Positions 29,804-39,890 of a stretch of 64,000 nucleotides of DNA are shown here, in pieces (within the stretch, counting starts at the first letter, position 1; the number at the start of each line of letters is the position of its first letter). The notes below the pieces were generated by a model. The model saw nothing but the letters and a program-made list of their open reading frames with translations, did no database searches and was not told the DNA's origin. The position numbers and the translations under genes were made by a program. Origin of the DNA: Promethearchaeia archaeon (lineage in GTDB: Archaea > Asgardarchaeota > Lokiarchaeia > Sigyniarchaeales > SOKP01); the NCBI GenBank assembly GCA_046483985.1, contig JAWOCD010000085.1:8957-72956 (forward strand), given 5' to 3'.

Positions 29804-30390
29804 ATTTTTTCAGATCTTTCAATTACCTTTTTGCTCATCAATCTAAATGCAGTTTCTACATTATTTCCTGTCTTTGCGGAAGTAATTATTGTTTCCAAAG
29901 CGTTGATTTCCTCACCTAAAGAATCCAATTTCTCTTGGTTTACCTTTCTGGGGAGATCTGCCTTATTTCCAACTAAAATGAGGGGAATTTCATCATTACA
30001 GTGTTCCATCAAATCGGGAAACCAGAATGTTTCTATCTCTTCAAACGTCTTTTCTCGAGTAAGGTCCCCGATAATTAATGCACCTTGAGCCCCACCATAG
30101 TAAAGATGTCTAGTTTTCTTCCACCGTTCGTGCCCAGCAATATCCCATAATTGAATATCTACATGGTGATCTTTATCCTTTTCAACGGGGATGTCCATAT
30201 TTCCTAATTCTAATTTTTTCACATACATATTGACCCCGATGCTTGCTCTATAATCATTCAGAAAATGTCCCGAAACGAAACGTTCGGCTAAACTGGTTTT
30301 TCCAACGCCCGGTTCACCAGTTATAACAACCTTAAACACCCAATATCGTTCAGAAATTGTTCTATTTTCACTTTTCAAGATTTCATTCAC
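29800..30390 (-). CDS. Ras-superfamily small GTPase, Rab-like
   Basis: G1 GEPGVGKTS, G3 WDIAGHERW (compare Rab WDTAGQERF), G4 GNKADL, G5 TSAKTG. No C-terminal Cys lipidation motif. Confidence 0.85.
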   Translation of the reverse strand: MNEILKSENRTISERYWVFKVVITGEPGVGKTSLAERFVSGHFLNDYRASIGVNMYVKKLELGNMDIPVEKDKDHHVDIQLWDIAGHERWKKTRHLYYGGAQGALIIGDLTREKTFEEIETFWFPDLMEHCNDEIPLILVGNKADLPRKVNQEKLDSLGEEINALETIITSAKTGNNVETAFRLMSKKVIERSEKI

Positions 30391-30548
30391 CTAAGGAGAA
30401 AAATACTTCAGATATGATTTACATAAAGAATAGATTCTCATATTTTATCAAGATTTGTTTAAAAAAATAAAGATTAGATTGAAATATTTTTATTATTTCT
30501 GGATATTATATATTATTAATAAATTAAGTATTAGTGTGATTTTGAAAA

Positions 30549-31640
30549 ATGACAACCGGAATAATTTACGATGATATCTACCTTGAGCACCGCATCGGAA
30601 CCCATGTGGAGAGCCACAAACGGCTTATCGGAATTATGGATTTATTACGAAATAGAGGCTTATTAGATAATCCGGATTATCAAGTTATCAAACCGTATAA
30701 GGCAACCCTGGATCAAATCAAATATGTACACAATGTAGAATTAATCAAAGAAGTAAAAGAAATTAGCAAATTAGCCGAGAAAACTGGGCATATCCAACAG
30801 CTTGATATGGACACCTCCGTTTCTGCAAAAACTTATGAAGCGTCCCTTTATTCTGTGGGAGGAAACTTGAAAGCTATCGATGAAATCCTCAATGGAAACA
30901 TCAAAAACGGATTTGCTTTAGTAAGACCCCCCGGTCATCACACGAATGCGTATAAATGTTCTGGATTCTGTTTTTTTAATAACATAGCAATTGCAACGGA
31001 GTACTTATTAAGAGATAAAGATATTGATCGGGTCGCAATTATTGATTGGGATTGTCACCACGGCAACGGCACTCAAGATATTTTTTATAAAGGCTCACCT
31101 TCGGGTGAAGGCGAGGTTGTCTTTTTTAGTTCTCATCAAGATGGGAGGACCCTGTATCCAGGAAGCGGGTTTGAAAATGAGATTGGAGAGGGAAACGGAA
31201 AGGGCCATATCATTAATTTTCCCATGCCACCTAACTCTGCCGACGATGCGATTATGGAATTCTTTCATGAAATAGTATCACCTCTCTTAAACGAATATGC
31301 TCCCCAATTTATCTTGATCTCTGCAGGATTTGATACCCACTACACAGATCGCCTCACAGGGATGGGTTGGACTTACCAAGCTCCGGCCAATTATCTCAAA
31401 TTAATTAAAGCCATTGCACATGAATATGCAAACGATAGAATATTAATTACCTTAGAAGGGGGATATGATATAGATAAACAAGCACGGGCGGTATATAATT
31501 GCCTCAAGGTACTTAATGATGAGGAGGACTTAATCACGGAAAAGCCCAGAACGTCCGACTCCGAACTGTTGACATACTTAGATGGGAAATTGTTTCCGAA
31601 ATTAAAGGAAAATCTGGCGCCATTTTGGGAATGCTTTTAA
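30549..31640 (+). CDS. histone deacetylase-family (class II/AcuC-like) deacetylase/amidohydrolase
   Basis: RPPGHH, DWDCHHGNGTQ and SAGFDTH motifs, followed by EGGY. Confidence 0.85.
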   Translation: MTTGIIYDDIYLEHRIGTHVESHKRLIGIMDLLRNRGLLDNPDYQVIKPYKATLDQIKYVHNVELIKEVKEISKLAEKTGHIQQLDMDTSVSAKTYEASLYSVGGNLKAIDEILNGNIKNGFALVRPPGHHTNAYKCSGFCFFNNIAIATEYLLRDKDIDRVAIIDWDCHHGNGTQDIFYKGSPSGEGEVVFFSSHQDGRTLYPGSGFENEIGEGNGKGHIINFPMPPNSADDAIMEFFHEIVSPLLNEYAPQFILISAGFDTHYTDRLTGMGWTYQAPANYLKLIKAIAHEYANDRILITLEGGYDIDKQARAVYNCLKVLNDEEDLITEKPRTSDSELLTYLDGKLFPKLKENLAPFWECF

Positions 31641-31852
31641 CAATTTGAATTTTTCTAAATTTTTTTCTTTTCCTTTTCTTTTTCCTTCAATTTATGAGAA
31701 AAGAGTGATCTCCTCTATCGGTTGTTCTAAATTTCTTTCACGAAATAAAAAATAATGAAAAATATTAAAAATCAAAACTATTTTAATCTTAATATTCAAT
31801 ATATTACTAGGAACTAATTTATTCTTAATAAAAAACACCAAGGTATCTAAAT

Positions 31853-32950
31853 ATGTCGGACGAGAATGAAAAAAAAGAAGATAAAGATGATGATCTTGAT
31901 TTAGATTTTGACTTACCGGATTTGGGCTTAGAAGATGAGGAGGAACCATCAATGCCTCCACCGACCGAAGCTCCCCCCTCACCGGCACCGACAGAACCAT
32001 CAGCACCGACAGAACCATCAGCACCGACAGAACCATCAACTATGAAAGCACCAGAACCCACCTCTTCATCCCCTTCCCCTGAATCCACACCCTCGCCCAC
32101 ACCAACTACCGAATCTATGTCCGCACCACCTTCGCCTACACCCTCAACCGAACCAGAATCAACTGCTCCCTCTCAAAATGAATTGGATAATATGCAACAA
32201 CAAGTAAGCGCGAAGGACCAAAAGATAAATGAACTTCAAAACAAAATAAATGAATTGAACAACCAACTGAGTCAAGCAAGCGGAGAAACATCCAACCTTC
32301 AATCCCAATTGACCCAAAAGGAGAACCAGATCAACCAACTGAATAATGAATTGCAAAATACAAAAAATTCGATGCAACAGTTACAATCGCAAGTTAATCA
32401 ATTACAATCCGAAAAAGAACAACTCCAAGATCAAATTCCGAACTTGCAACAGCAAATACAACAGCTACAGCAAGAGAAAGCTAATTTGCAAGGTCAGATC
32501 CAACCTCTCCAACAAAAAATACAGCAATTGGAGCAAGATGTTGCGTATAAGGATAAACGTATCAAAGAATTGAAGGAACCAAAGGCAGTTATGGGCTCGT
32601 CTCTCTCTCAAGAACAACCAAGCTCTCCAGGAGCTTCTCAAAGCAGTAGTTCATTTGGAAGCTCCTCTTCCAGCGTAATGGGGGGCGGCGGACAAACAGG
32701 AACATCTGGCACTACTGGAGGCGGTACGGGAGGCGGTACGGGAGGCGGTACGGGAGGCACTACTGGAGGCGGTACGGAACAGACTCCCTCGGTGGACGTA
32801 GGAGGCACTCGAACAAAGTGTCCAAATTGTGGAGCAACCGGTCAAGCCATTAAGGAAGTTGAAGATAAAAGTAAAGTCATCAGCTATATCCCCAAACCAA
32901 TTTATGCCAAGAAGTATGTGTGCACTAAGTGTGGATATGAATTCTCATAA
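31853..32950 (+). CDS. hypothetical modular protein: acidic N-terminus, P/T/S-rich repeats, Q/N-rich coiled coil, G/T-rich repeats, C-terminal zinc ribbon
   Basis: 365-aa ORF. The heptad-like NELQNKINELNNQLSQ...QIQQLQQEKANLQGQIQPLQQKIQQLEQD region precedes a C-terminal CPNCG...CTKCG. It contains two perfect in-frame tandem repeats. Confidence 0.55.
   Translation: MSDENEKKEDKDDDLDLDFDLPDLGLEDEEEPSMPPPTEAPPSPAPTEPSAPTEPSAPTEPSTMKAPEPTSSSPSPESTPSPTPTTESMSAPPSPTPSTEPESTAPSQNELDNMQQQVSAKDQKINELQNKINELNNQLSQASGETSNLQSQLTQKENQINQLNNELQNTKNSMQQLQSQVNQLQSEKEQLQDQIPNLQQQIQQLQQEKANLQGQIQPLQQKIQQLEQDVAYKDKRIKELKEPKAVMGSSLSQEQPSSPGASQSSSSFGSSSSSVMGGGGQTGTSGTTGGGTGGGTGGGTGGTTGGGTEQTPSVDVGGTRTKCPNCGATGQAIKEVEDKSKVISYIPKPIYAKKYVCTKCGYEFS
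31985..32038 (+). repeat. perfect 18-bp x3 tandem repeat (GCACCGACAGAACCATCA), in frame (APTEPS)
   Basis: Read directly from the sequence. Confidence 0.95.
32717..32752 (+). repeat. perfect 12-bp x3 tandem repeat (GGAGGCGGTACG), in frame (GGGT)
   Basis: Read directly from the sequence. A related ACTACTGGAGGCGGTACGG occurs at both flanks. Confidence 0.9.
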
Positions 32951-33216
32951 AAACCTAGTTGCTCTATTAATTGAGGAAAAATAATATACTCTAATTTCCC
33001 ACTAAAGTGCGAGAAAGTCCTGTCCTTTAGGCGGGGATGAAGTGCGATAGGAAAATTTAATTAAATTTCTCTTTTTTTCTTATTTCACTATATTTGATGC
33101 TTTTAAGTAAACATAAAAATATTCCTAAAATTATATATATTATAATTTTATTTAATATTCTAAATTGGTTTACCTTAAATATTCCATTATCTTTATTTTG
33201 GTTTCGTTAGAGTAAA

Positions 33217-36200
33217 ATGTCGTTAGAGAGAGAACTCTTAGAGCCGCAAATTAACAAAAAACGTGCTGCTGCCGTTTTTTTAATTGCTATCCTCTTAATC
33301 GCTTTTTTTTCACTCTCTACTGTATTATTCAACTTTTTATTGGGTTCACAACGTATAAATCCCAATGAAAAGCTTGATGATGCGGATTTTGAGGATGTTA
33401 CCTTAAATATGCCCGACATTCCCTTTGATCTGGAAGATCTTATTGATGCGTTGGATCCGGAAGATTTGGAAGATTTAGACCTAACTGAAGAGGATATCGA
33501 TGAACTCTTCCAAGAAATGTACGATGGCGATATCGATAATATGGACTTAAGCACGATGGGAGCAGCAATGGCAGCTCTCCTCGGGTCCGATGAGGAGGTA
33601 TTTCGAATTTTTGATTACGACAATTTTGACAATTTGTCCGATAAGCTCTGGCGCTATGAATGTTTTGAAGAGTATAACGGAACCAGCTGGAAATCTTCGG
33701 CAAGTAAACAAATATTCGATTTTTATTCGTATGGGGATTTAGAGGGAAGCGAAGACATTTTGAGGTTAAAGAGGGCCATGAATCCCTCATCAGATCAGAA
33801 CTCATTTGTGGCTCCCGCTCTTTTTCCGAATCCTAATATTATGGAAGGGAGCGTGAGCGGAGATACCTTGGATGAGAGTTCTGCAACACTTTACAAGGAT
33901 GATTATAATTGCACCACCATGGATGCAACCTTTACCAGCGATCAAGAAACCAATATGTCGTATGAATTATTTGGAACGCCCCAACCCAGCCCCGAAGATT
34001 TAAATTCGAGCCAAGTTGACGAGTCCTTTACTCCATCCGCAATTAGAGACCTCTATTTACAACTCCCGCCCTCAATCTCCACTTACAGGGCCAATCATGA
34101 TGACTTTGACAGGCATTGCGACAACTTAGAGGTCATCATTAAGGAAGACGATGGGGCATATACAGTCGCAAATAAGATACGGAACTATTTGCAAGCGAAT
34201 TTTACCGATCCCTACAGTGGAGGAGCAGAGATTTATACGGATGATGGCCCCGCAGAAGGAGAGGATGAAATAGAATGGTTCTGTGAAAAGGAGGGGGGGT
34301 TATGGTCTCATTTCGCTTCAGCTTTTACTGCATTTACCCGGGTATTCGGTGTTTCTAGCAGATATGTTAACGGATTTAATAGTCGGGCCCTCGATGAGGT
34401 CTCTGACCCTCAAGAAGGAGAAGATGCGGCGGTGGTCCGATATAAAAATTTGTATAATTGGGCAGAAATCTATGTTCCTACAGATACCTCTGGAAATGGA
34501 CGTTGGGTGGAGATGGATATTAATTTCGAGACCTTTGGAAGTGGAGGAATGACCGCGCCAGAAGGGGAATATAATATTACGCTTACTTCTAATGTTACTG
34601 GACCGATAAATCGTGGAAATATTGCAGAACTGAATGCCTCACTGAGTTCAGATACGGGAGATGTAGAGGATAAGGAAATAAAGTTCTATGATCATAATAA
34701 TCCTGAGACACCATTAGGTTCTGCAATTACTAATGCCAATGGAAATGCCACTCTACTCGTTGATATTAATGATACACAAGTTGTGGGCCCTCATAATATT
34801 TATGCTACTTATTACACCTCCTATTCAAATCCGATAACTTATTTAATTAACGATGATATTGTCGTTCATTTATCCAGGGTTAATCCGCAAGAAGTTAATA
34901 GATCGGATTCTAATCCCGATGAGACAACTATTAAAGGTAATGTCTATGATCCTGCAAATAATGAAGGGGTGCGGGATGCTGATATTGAATATGTATTGTT
35001 AGAAAAAGGAACCAATAACAAATATAATAGTGCATTTACTCCAAATTGCTCACAAACAAATAGCACGGGAGATTTTGAAGATACTATTTCTGTTAATGCC
35101 CCACCAGCAGCACCTTATGGAACATTTGATATAAGAGTTGATTTTAATGGAACGTGGAATGATGGTCTTTATGTATCTGAGCTCATGGAAAATTCCAGTA
35201 ATCGCATCGAGTTTAATCATACGAGTACTCATAGTGTTAACTTTTACATAAACAACACTGATTCAACCAATTATGAAAATCCCACGGTAAATAGAACCGA
35301 TTCGTTACATTTAAAAGCGAAAGTCGTTGCTTCCGATGGTTCGACAATTCCAGATAAGGATGTGCAATTTATTAATGCCGATAACAATTCTACACTTTTC
35401 ACAAATACTACAAATGCTGATGGACTTGCCACCTATACCTTTGATTTAAATTCCTCTGTTTTGGCGGGTCCAAACTTACTCTGTGCTCAAGTGGGATATG
35501 TCACCAATTATTCCTATTTTGTTTTGGAAGAGAAACCAACCATTCATATAAATTCTGGACCAACTCCCAGAGAGATAAATAGAACAGGTTCAGGAATTAA
35601 AGAATTTTCTATTCCTGGCAGCATTAATGATACTAATGGCAATCCAATTCCATATGCCGAAATTGGATTGAGGATATTTAGAAATTCAACAGATTTCTCC
35701 GAGTATTTAAGTCCCCCTGATCCTCCCAAGGTTAATTCTGACGGAAAATTTAATTTTACCTACGGAGTTTCTGAAAATATTCCATACGGAAATTATACAT
35801 TACGGATGGACTTTAACGGCACAGTGGATCGGTCAGACGATTCAGATTATCCTCATTATTTTGAATTGTCCGAGATGGATAACTCAACCATTCTTACAGA
35901 TGAGTTAAAGGTTGAGGCACCTGATGAGTTCACAATGGATTTTTTCATTGATGGATACAGCAATGATGATTTTTATTCGCCTAATATTACCCGAAATGAT
36001 GAAGTAAACTTATCGGTTGAAATCCAATGGGGTATGGATCTTGCAAAGGACGGAGATATCGTTACCTTCAGGGACCATACTCAAGATCTCGTTATCGCCG
36101 AGAAAGAACTTAGTAACGGTCAAGCGAGTGTTAGTTATGAAATGAATGATACTATTGTGGCAGGACCCCACCTTATTTCCGCAAGCTATGATAGAGCTGG

Positions 36201-37686
36201 AGCTGGAGAAAAAAATCATTCTTATTTCATTTTGGATGCTCCTATTGATATTGACCTGGATTTTGTCCCGCAAACAATTAATAGTACCGGGAACATCGGT
36301 AGGAATTTTGTTGTTCGCGGTTCTTTGAAAGATCCTTCAAACAGTAAATCTGTTAAATATGGGCAAATTTCAGTCCATATGCTTGATGGTAATGACGACG
36401 TTTCTTTCTATCTCAATCAAGAAGCGGGGGATTTGGCTCTAAATGAGACAGGGGAGATTTATGCCGAATTTAGCGTTAGCGAGAGTACACCTCCAAAAAA
36501 TTATACAATAGAGACTCGTTTTAACGGCACCTTTTTGTACACCAATTCTGAAGAAGATTACCAATATGATTATTTCTTGCCCGAATGGAGCAATTTCTCG
36601 GCGGCGAACGAAAGTGAAAATGAACTAGAAGTAATTAACCCTGAAGAATTATCTATTACATTTAAAATCGGAGGAGAACATACAAGACCAACCTATGATA
36701 ATAGTAATCCACCTGCAACATATCAAAAAGGAGAGAATGCCACCTTTGAGGTCTGGGTCAATCATACGACAACGGATGAAGGAACTGTCCGGCTTATGGA
36801 CAATTACACCGGAACTGAATTGGATTCTGCCGAAGTTAATATAACTGAGGGGGGATATCATGAATTTAGTATAAATACCACCGATTTGCACGCTGGATTA
36901 CATAGAATAATTGTTACTTATGAGGATTTCAACACGATTAATGATACATATATAGTAATAAACGAGAGTGTAGATATCTCCAGTGAACTAAGTGTGGAAA
37001 AAGTAAGGAGAAATCAAAATGGATTTTCGGTAGAGGGAAATGTCACCGATGAGGGTGAACCCTTAAGAGCCTTAAATCTTAGCATTAATTTCTATGATTC
37101 CTCAATGCAAGATGCTTCGGATTATTTCAATTTAGAAGGATCTTCGTCCATAATAGTTCAAGAAGATGGGACATATTGTTTTAATATCAGCTACGTGGAT
37201 CTGGAGGCTCCTCAAGGGCAGTATTATGTGCAGATTAATTTCACGGGCGATATAATTGAATTACCGGATGTTCATCTCACCGATTATATGGTCCATAGCA
37301 ACAGTAGTTGTATGACCTTGAATGTAACGGCGGGTACTACTATTACCGAAGGAGATTCTTATACTTTAAATGAAAAAGAAGAAAAATGGTATAATGATGA
37401 TATTCTATACGTTACCGGTAATTTAACGTGGGATAACGGAAGCGCAATGGAAGGGTATAATGTGAATGTGACCATAGAGGATGAAAACGGAAACGTTATA
37501 GCATTCAATGATACGGTGACCGTCGATTCCAGCGGCTTTTTCAACGGCTCGCTTACTGTTGACTCGAATTGGCCAACCTATCAAGAAGATACAAGTATTA
37601 AGGTCGAGTTTAATCCCTTTGATGAGCATAATTTTGACATGACAGATGGTTATTATGTTGAAGGTTCTAGTCAAGAATATACTTAA
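33217..37686 (+). CDS. large N-terminally anchored surface protein with transglutaminase-like core (Cys and His positions substituted) and many Ig-like/sequon-rich repeats
   Basis: N-terminal TM (AAVFLIAILLIAFFSLSTVLFNFLL). TGase-like core EKEGGLWSHFASAFTAFTRVFGVSSRYVNGF...YNWAEIYVP...GRWVEMD. More than 1000 aa of repetitive beta-rich sequence follow, with dozens of N-x-S/T sequons. Confidence 0.7.
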   Translation: MSLERELLEPQINKKRAAAVFLIAILLIAFFSLSTVLFNFLLGSQRINPNEKLDDADFEDVTLNMPDIPFDLEDLIDALDPEDLEDLDLTEEDIDELFQEMYDGDIDNMDLSTMGAAMAALLGSDEEVFRIFDYDNFDNLSDKLWRYECFEEYNGTSWKSSASKQIFDFYSYGDLEGSEDILRLKRAMNPSSDQNSFVAPALFPNPNIMEGSVSGDTLDESSATLYKDDYNCTTMDATFTSDQETNMSYELFGTPQPSPEDLNSSQVDESFTPSAIRDLYLQLPPSISTYRANHDDFDRHCDNLEVIIKEDDGAYTVANKIRNYLQANFTDPYSGGAEIYTDDGPAEGEDEIEWFCEKEGGLWSHFASAFTAFTRVFGVSSRYVNGFNSRALDEVSDPQEGEDAAVVRYKNLYNWAEIYVPTDTSGNGRWVEMDINFETFGSGGMTAPEGEYNITLTSNVTGPINRGNIAELNASLSSDTGDVEDKEIKFYDHNNPETPLGSAITNANGNATLLVDINDTQVVGPHNIYATYYTSYSNPITYLINDDIVVHLSRVNPQEVNRSDSNPDETTIKGNVYDPANNEGVRDADIEYVLLEKGTNNKYNSAFTPNCSQTNSTGDFEDTISVNAPPAAPYGTFDIRVDFNGTWNDGLYVSELMENSSNRIEFNHTSTHSVNFYINNTDSTNYENPTVNRTDSLHLKAKVVASDGSTIPDKDVQFINADNNSTLFTNTTNADGLATYTFDLNSSVLAGPNLLCAQVGYVTNYSYFVLEEKPTIHINSGPTPREINRTGSGIKEFSIPGSINDTNGNPIPYAEIGLRIFRNSTDFSEYLSPPDPPKVNSDGKFNFTYGVSENIPYGNYTLRMDFNGTVDRSDDSDYPHYFELSEMDNSTILTDELKVEAPDEFTMDFFIDGYSNDDFYSPNITRNDEVNLSVEIQWGMDLAKDGDIVTFRDHTQDLVIAEKELSNGQASVSYEMNDTIVAGPHLISASYDRAGAGEKNHSYFILDAPIDIDLDFVPQTINSTGNIGRNFVVRGSLKDPSNSKSVKYGQISVHMLDGNDDVSFYLNQEAGDLALNETGEIYAEFSVSESTPPKNYTIETRFNGTFLYTNSEEDYQYDYFLPEWSNFSAANESENELEVINPEELSITFKIGGEHTRPTYDNSNPPATYQKGENATFEVWVNHTTTDEGTVRLMDNYTGTELDSAEVNITEGGYHEFSINTTDLHAGLHRIIVTYEDFNTINDTYIVINESVDISSELSVEKVRRNQNGFSVEGNVTDEGEPLRALNLSINFYDSSMQDASDYFNLEGSSSIIVQEDGTYCFNISYVDLEAPQGQYYVQINFTGDIIELPDVHLTDYMVHSNSSCMTLNVTAGTTITEGDSYTLNEKEEKWYNDDILYVTGNLTWDNGSAMEGYNVNVTIEDENGNVIAFNDTVTVDSSGFFNGSLTVDSNWPTYQEDTSIKVEFNPFDEHNFDMTDGYYVEGSSQEYT

Positions 37687-37710
37687 TATAATCAAGAAGG
37701 TCAAATGTAA

Positions 37711-39342
37711 ATGGTGGGATTGAAAAGAAAAAAGAGCAGAAATAAACCCCGCATAAAAATATTAATTATCCTTTCCCTTTTCATTTTGATAATCTTTTTA
37801 AGGGGAAGGGACAATTTACCAGATATCAGCGATTATTCAAGTATGCAAGATATCAAAGATAGGGACCGTTCTCAAGATTTGAAGCTTTCTTCTATTGAAG
37901 CTAATTTAACTTTAACAAATGCGGAAATGATTAATAATTCAAGGTTTTCTCATTATCAAAACATTCCAATCAATGGAAATCTTATTCATGCTATATCTGG
38001 TGATCCATATCCGAATTATAGTGTTTCTGTTAAAGTTAATGGTGAATTATTTCCTCGCTATAATGCCACAACAGACGAGGACGGTAATTTTACCATCAAT
38101 TATAATATCTCAGATTCACTTAATATTTATACTTCTCATAAAATCGAGGCCGAAGTTCTTAATGATACGGAAAGTGATATAGATTATCTCAATCATTATA
38201 TTATCTTTTTAAATACGACTTCTGAATTTGATATAGATGAGGGTGATTGGTCAGATACCGATATTCCTTATCTGACCGGAGAGCCTTTTAACACAAACGG
38301 ATATTTAAGATATGTTAATGGGACGGGAATTGCAGGGGGGATAGTAAATTTTTATTGGTATCATGATGGAGAAGTGCTTGATTCTGGAACGACATCAACT
38401 AATAATAATGGGGAGATAAATTCCTTGCCAATCCCAGAAACTGAATTGGAAGAACTATCATTAAAATTAAACTTCTCCGATTTCCCTTATGTGAATTATT
38501 CGGAATGGATTCTTCCAGAAACAATTGAAGTTTTTTCCAATATTTCGTGTCAGTGGGATGTAGAAAGCACCTCTACGGAATTTGAGGATTTTACCATTCA
38601 AGGTACCCTTGTATCGTCAGCCAATAGTAGCTTTTTTATTAATGATCGCCAGATTGCACTTTTATATAATGGAGAACTGGTTGGCCAGGTGAGCACTAAT
38701 AGTGATGGTTCGTTTTCCTATACATATAATATCCCTGAAGGAACGGGAGCCAATAATTTACAAATAAGATTGATTAATGATGCGGGAAAAATTGAAACGT
38801 CTAATAGTTACACTATTGAGGTGTATGAAGGAGAAGAGGAAGCAGTCGTTCCACCCGACGATACAGAAGATGATACGCCAGCCCCGTTTGTAAACTTTTT
38901 TATTTATTTTATTCCGATTGTAGCGGGGATTATTGTAGCCTTAACACTACTGGGGTATAAATACCTACGACAACAAGAGGAGGCTTCAAGAACGGTCAAA
39001 GTACCTTTGGGAGACAAATTACTTAATTTAAAAATGCTGAAAGAGTCAGGAAGATTAGAAGAAGCATTATCTTATCTTTTTAATGCGATATATATGGATT
39101 TAATTAACGCAAAATTTGGTCGCAGCAAAAAAGCGTCTGAGACCATCAGGGATATTGCGATTGTGTCGGTAAAAGATCTAAAACTTCCGCCGGAAAAAAT
39201 ATATCCCTTCATCACGAAGATCGAAGAAGTTATTTATGCTCGGCCACATAAAATAACCGAAGAGGATTTTAAAAAGGCGCTTGCGCTATTTTCACCGGTC
39301 TACTATGAATTGACGAGTCAAAAATTTAATTTAAAAATTTAA
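37711..39342 (+). CDS. surface protein with N-terminal anchor, sequon-rich ectodomain, C-proximal TM and cytoplasmic DUF4129-like module
   Basis: N-terminal TM IKILIILSLFILIIFL, many N-x-S/T sites, a second TM FVNFFIYFIPIVAGIIVALTLLGY, then LSYLFNAIYMDL...TIRDIAIVS...ITKIEEVIYARPHKITEEDF, typical of the DUF4129 layout. Confidence 0.6.
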   Translation: MVGLKRKKSRNKPRIKILIILSLFILIIFLRGRDNLPDISDYSSMQDIKDRDRSQDLKLSSIEANLTLTNAEMINNSRFSHYQNIPINGNLIHAISGDPYPNYSVSVKVNGELFPRYNATTDEDGNFTINYNISDSLNIYTSHKIEAEVLNDTESDIDYLNHYIIFLNTTSEFDIDEGDWSDTDIPYLTGEPFNTNGYLRYVNGTGIAGGIVNFYWYHDGEVLDSGTTSTNNNGEINSLPIPETELEELSLKLNFSDFPYVNYSEWILPETIEVFSNISCQWDVESTSTEFEDFTIQGTLVSSANSSFFINDRQIALLYNGELVGQVSTNSDGSFSYTYNIPEGTGANNLQIRLINDAGKIETSNSYTIEVYEGEEEAVVPPDDTEDDTPAPFVNFFIYFIPIVAGIIVALTLLGYKYLRQQEEASRTVKVPLGDKLLNLKMLKESGRLEEALSYLFNAIYMDLINAKFGRSKKASETIRDIAIVSVKDLKLPPEKIYPFITKIEEVIYARPHKITEEDFKKALALFSPVYYELTSQKFNLKI

Positions 39343-39446
39343 CCGTTTCACCAGACAAGTTATAAAAAAAATGTGTGAATTAAAAAATCAAAATTTAAAT
39401 CAAAAAACCATTATAAATTATATATATTGAAAATAAAACATCTTAG

Positions 39447-39827
39447 GTGGGAAAAATAGGATTATTCTCAAAAGAGGAACAAAAAAAGTTTGATATCGAG
39501 GATAAATTCGAGAATGTTCAAATTTTAGTCGATAGCGACAGATCGAAGGAGGCGATCGCATATATTTATTTAATTTACAATGATCTCATGAAACATGAAT
39601 ACGATAAACCACGACTTGCCCATCAAACTATTCGGGAATATGCGATAAAATGTGTTAATGACCTAGATCAAAATCCTGGCTCCGTATATACTTTTATTAA
39701 AAAGATTGAAGATATTATTTATGGGGGCGTTGAGCCAACCATTCCAGAAATAAATAAGACGATAAATCTCTTTTCGTCCTTATACCAAGAAATCACCAAT
39801 AAGAGTTTCTCTTATAATATTAAATAA
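39447..39827 (+). CDS. small stand-alone DUF4129-like protein (paralogue of the C-terminus of the upstream gene)
   Basis: 126 aa with a GTG start. AIAYIYLIYNDLMKHEY...TIREYAIKCVNDL...IKKIEDIIYGGVEPTIPEINKTINLFSSLYQEI aligns by eye with residues after the second TM of the 37711 gene. Confidence 0.5.
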   Translation: MGKIGLFSKEEQKKFDIEDKFENVQILVDSDRSKEAIAYIYLIYNDLMKHEYDKPRLAHQTIREYAIKCVNDLDQNPGSVYTFIKKIEDIIYGGVEPTIPEINKTINLFSSLYQEITNKSFSYNIK

Positions 39828-39890
39828 TCTTTTCATTATAATTAAAAAAGAAATTATAAAATTTAATCAAAACTGACTTTTGAGTGAACG

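Noticed and set aside
31692-32100. Minus-strand ORFs 31692-32039 and 31825-32100 with repetitive MVLSVL and GADGSV translations.
   Set aside because: They are mirror images of the plus-strand tandem repeats inside the better-supported 31853-32950 ORF and run into its promoter region.
31985-32752. Short perfect tandem repeats considered as a possible CRISPR array or minisatellite.
   Set aside because: The units are 12-18 bp, directly abutting without spacers, and in frame within a long ORF. They are codon-level repeat expansions, not CRISPR.
33005-33047. The hairpin region considered as a C/D box sRNA.
   Set aside because: GGATGAA is only a partial C-box match, and no CUGA D box or second box pair is present at the required spacing. 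The region is retained only as a low-interest structural oddity.
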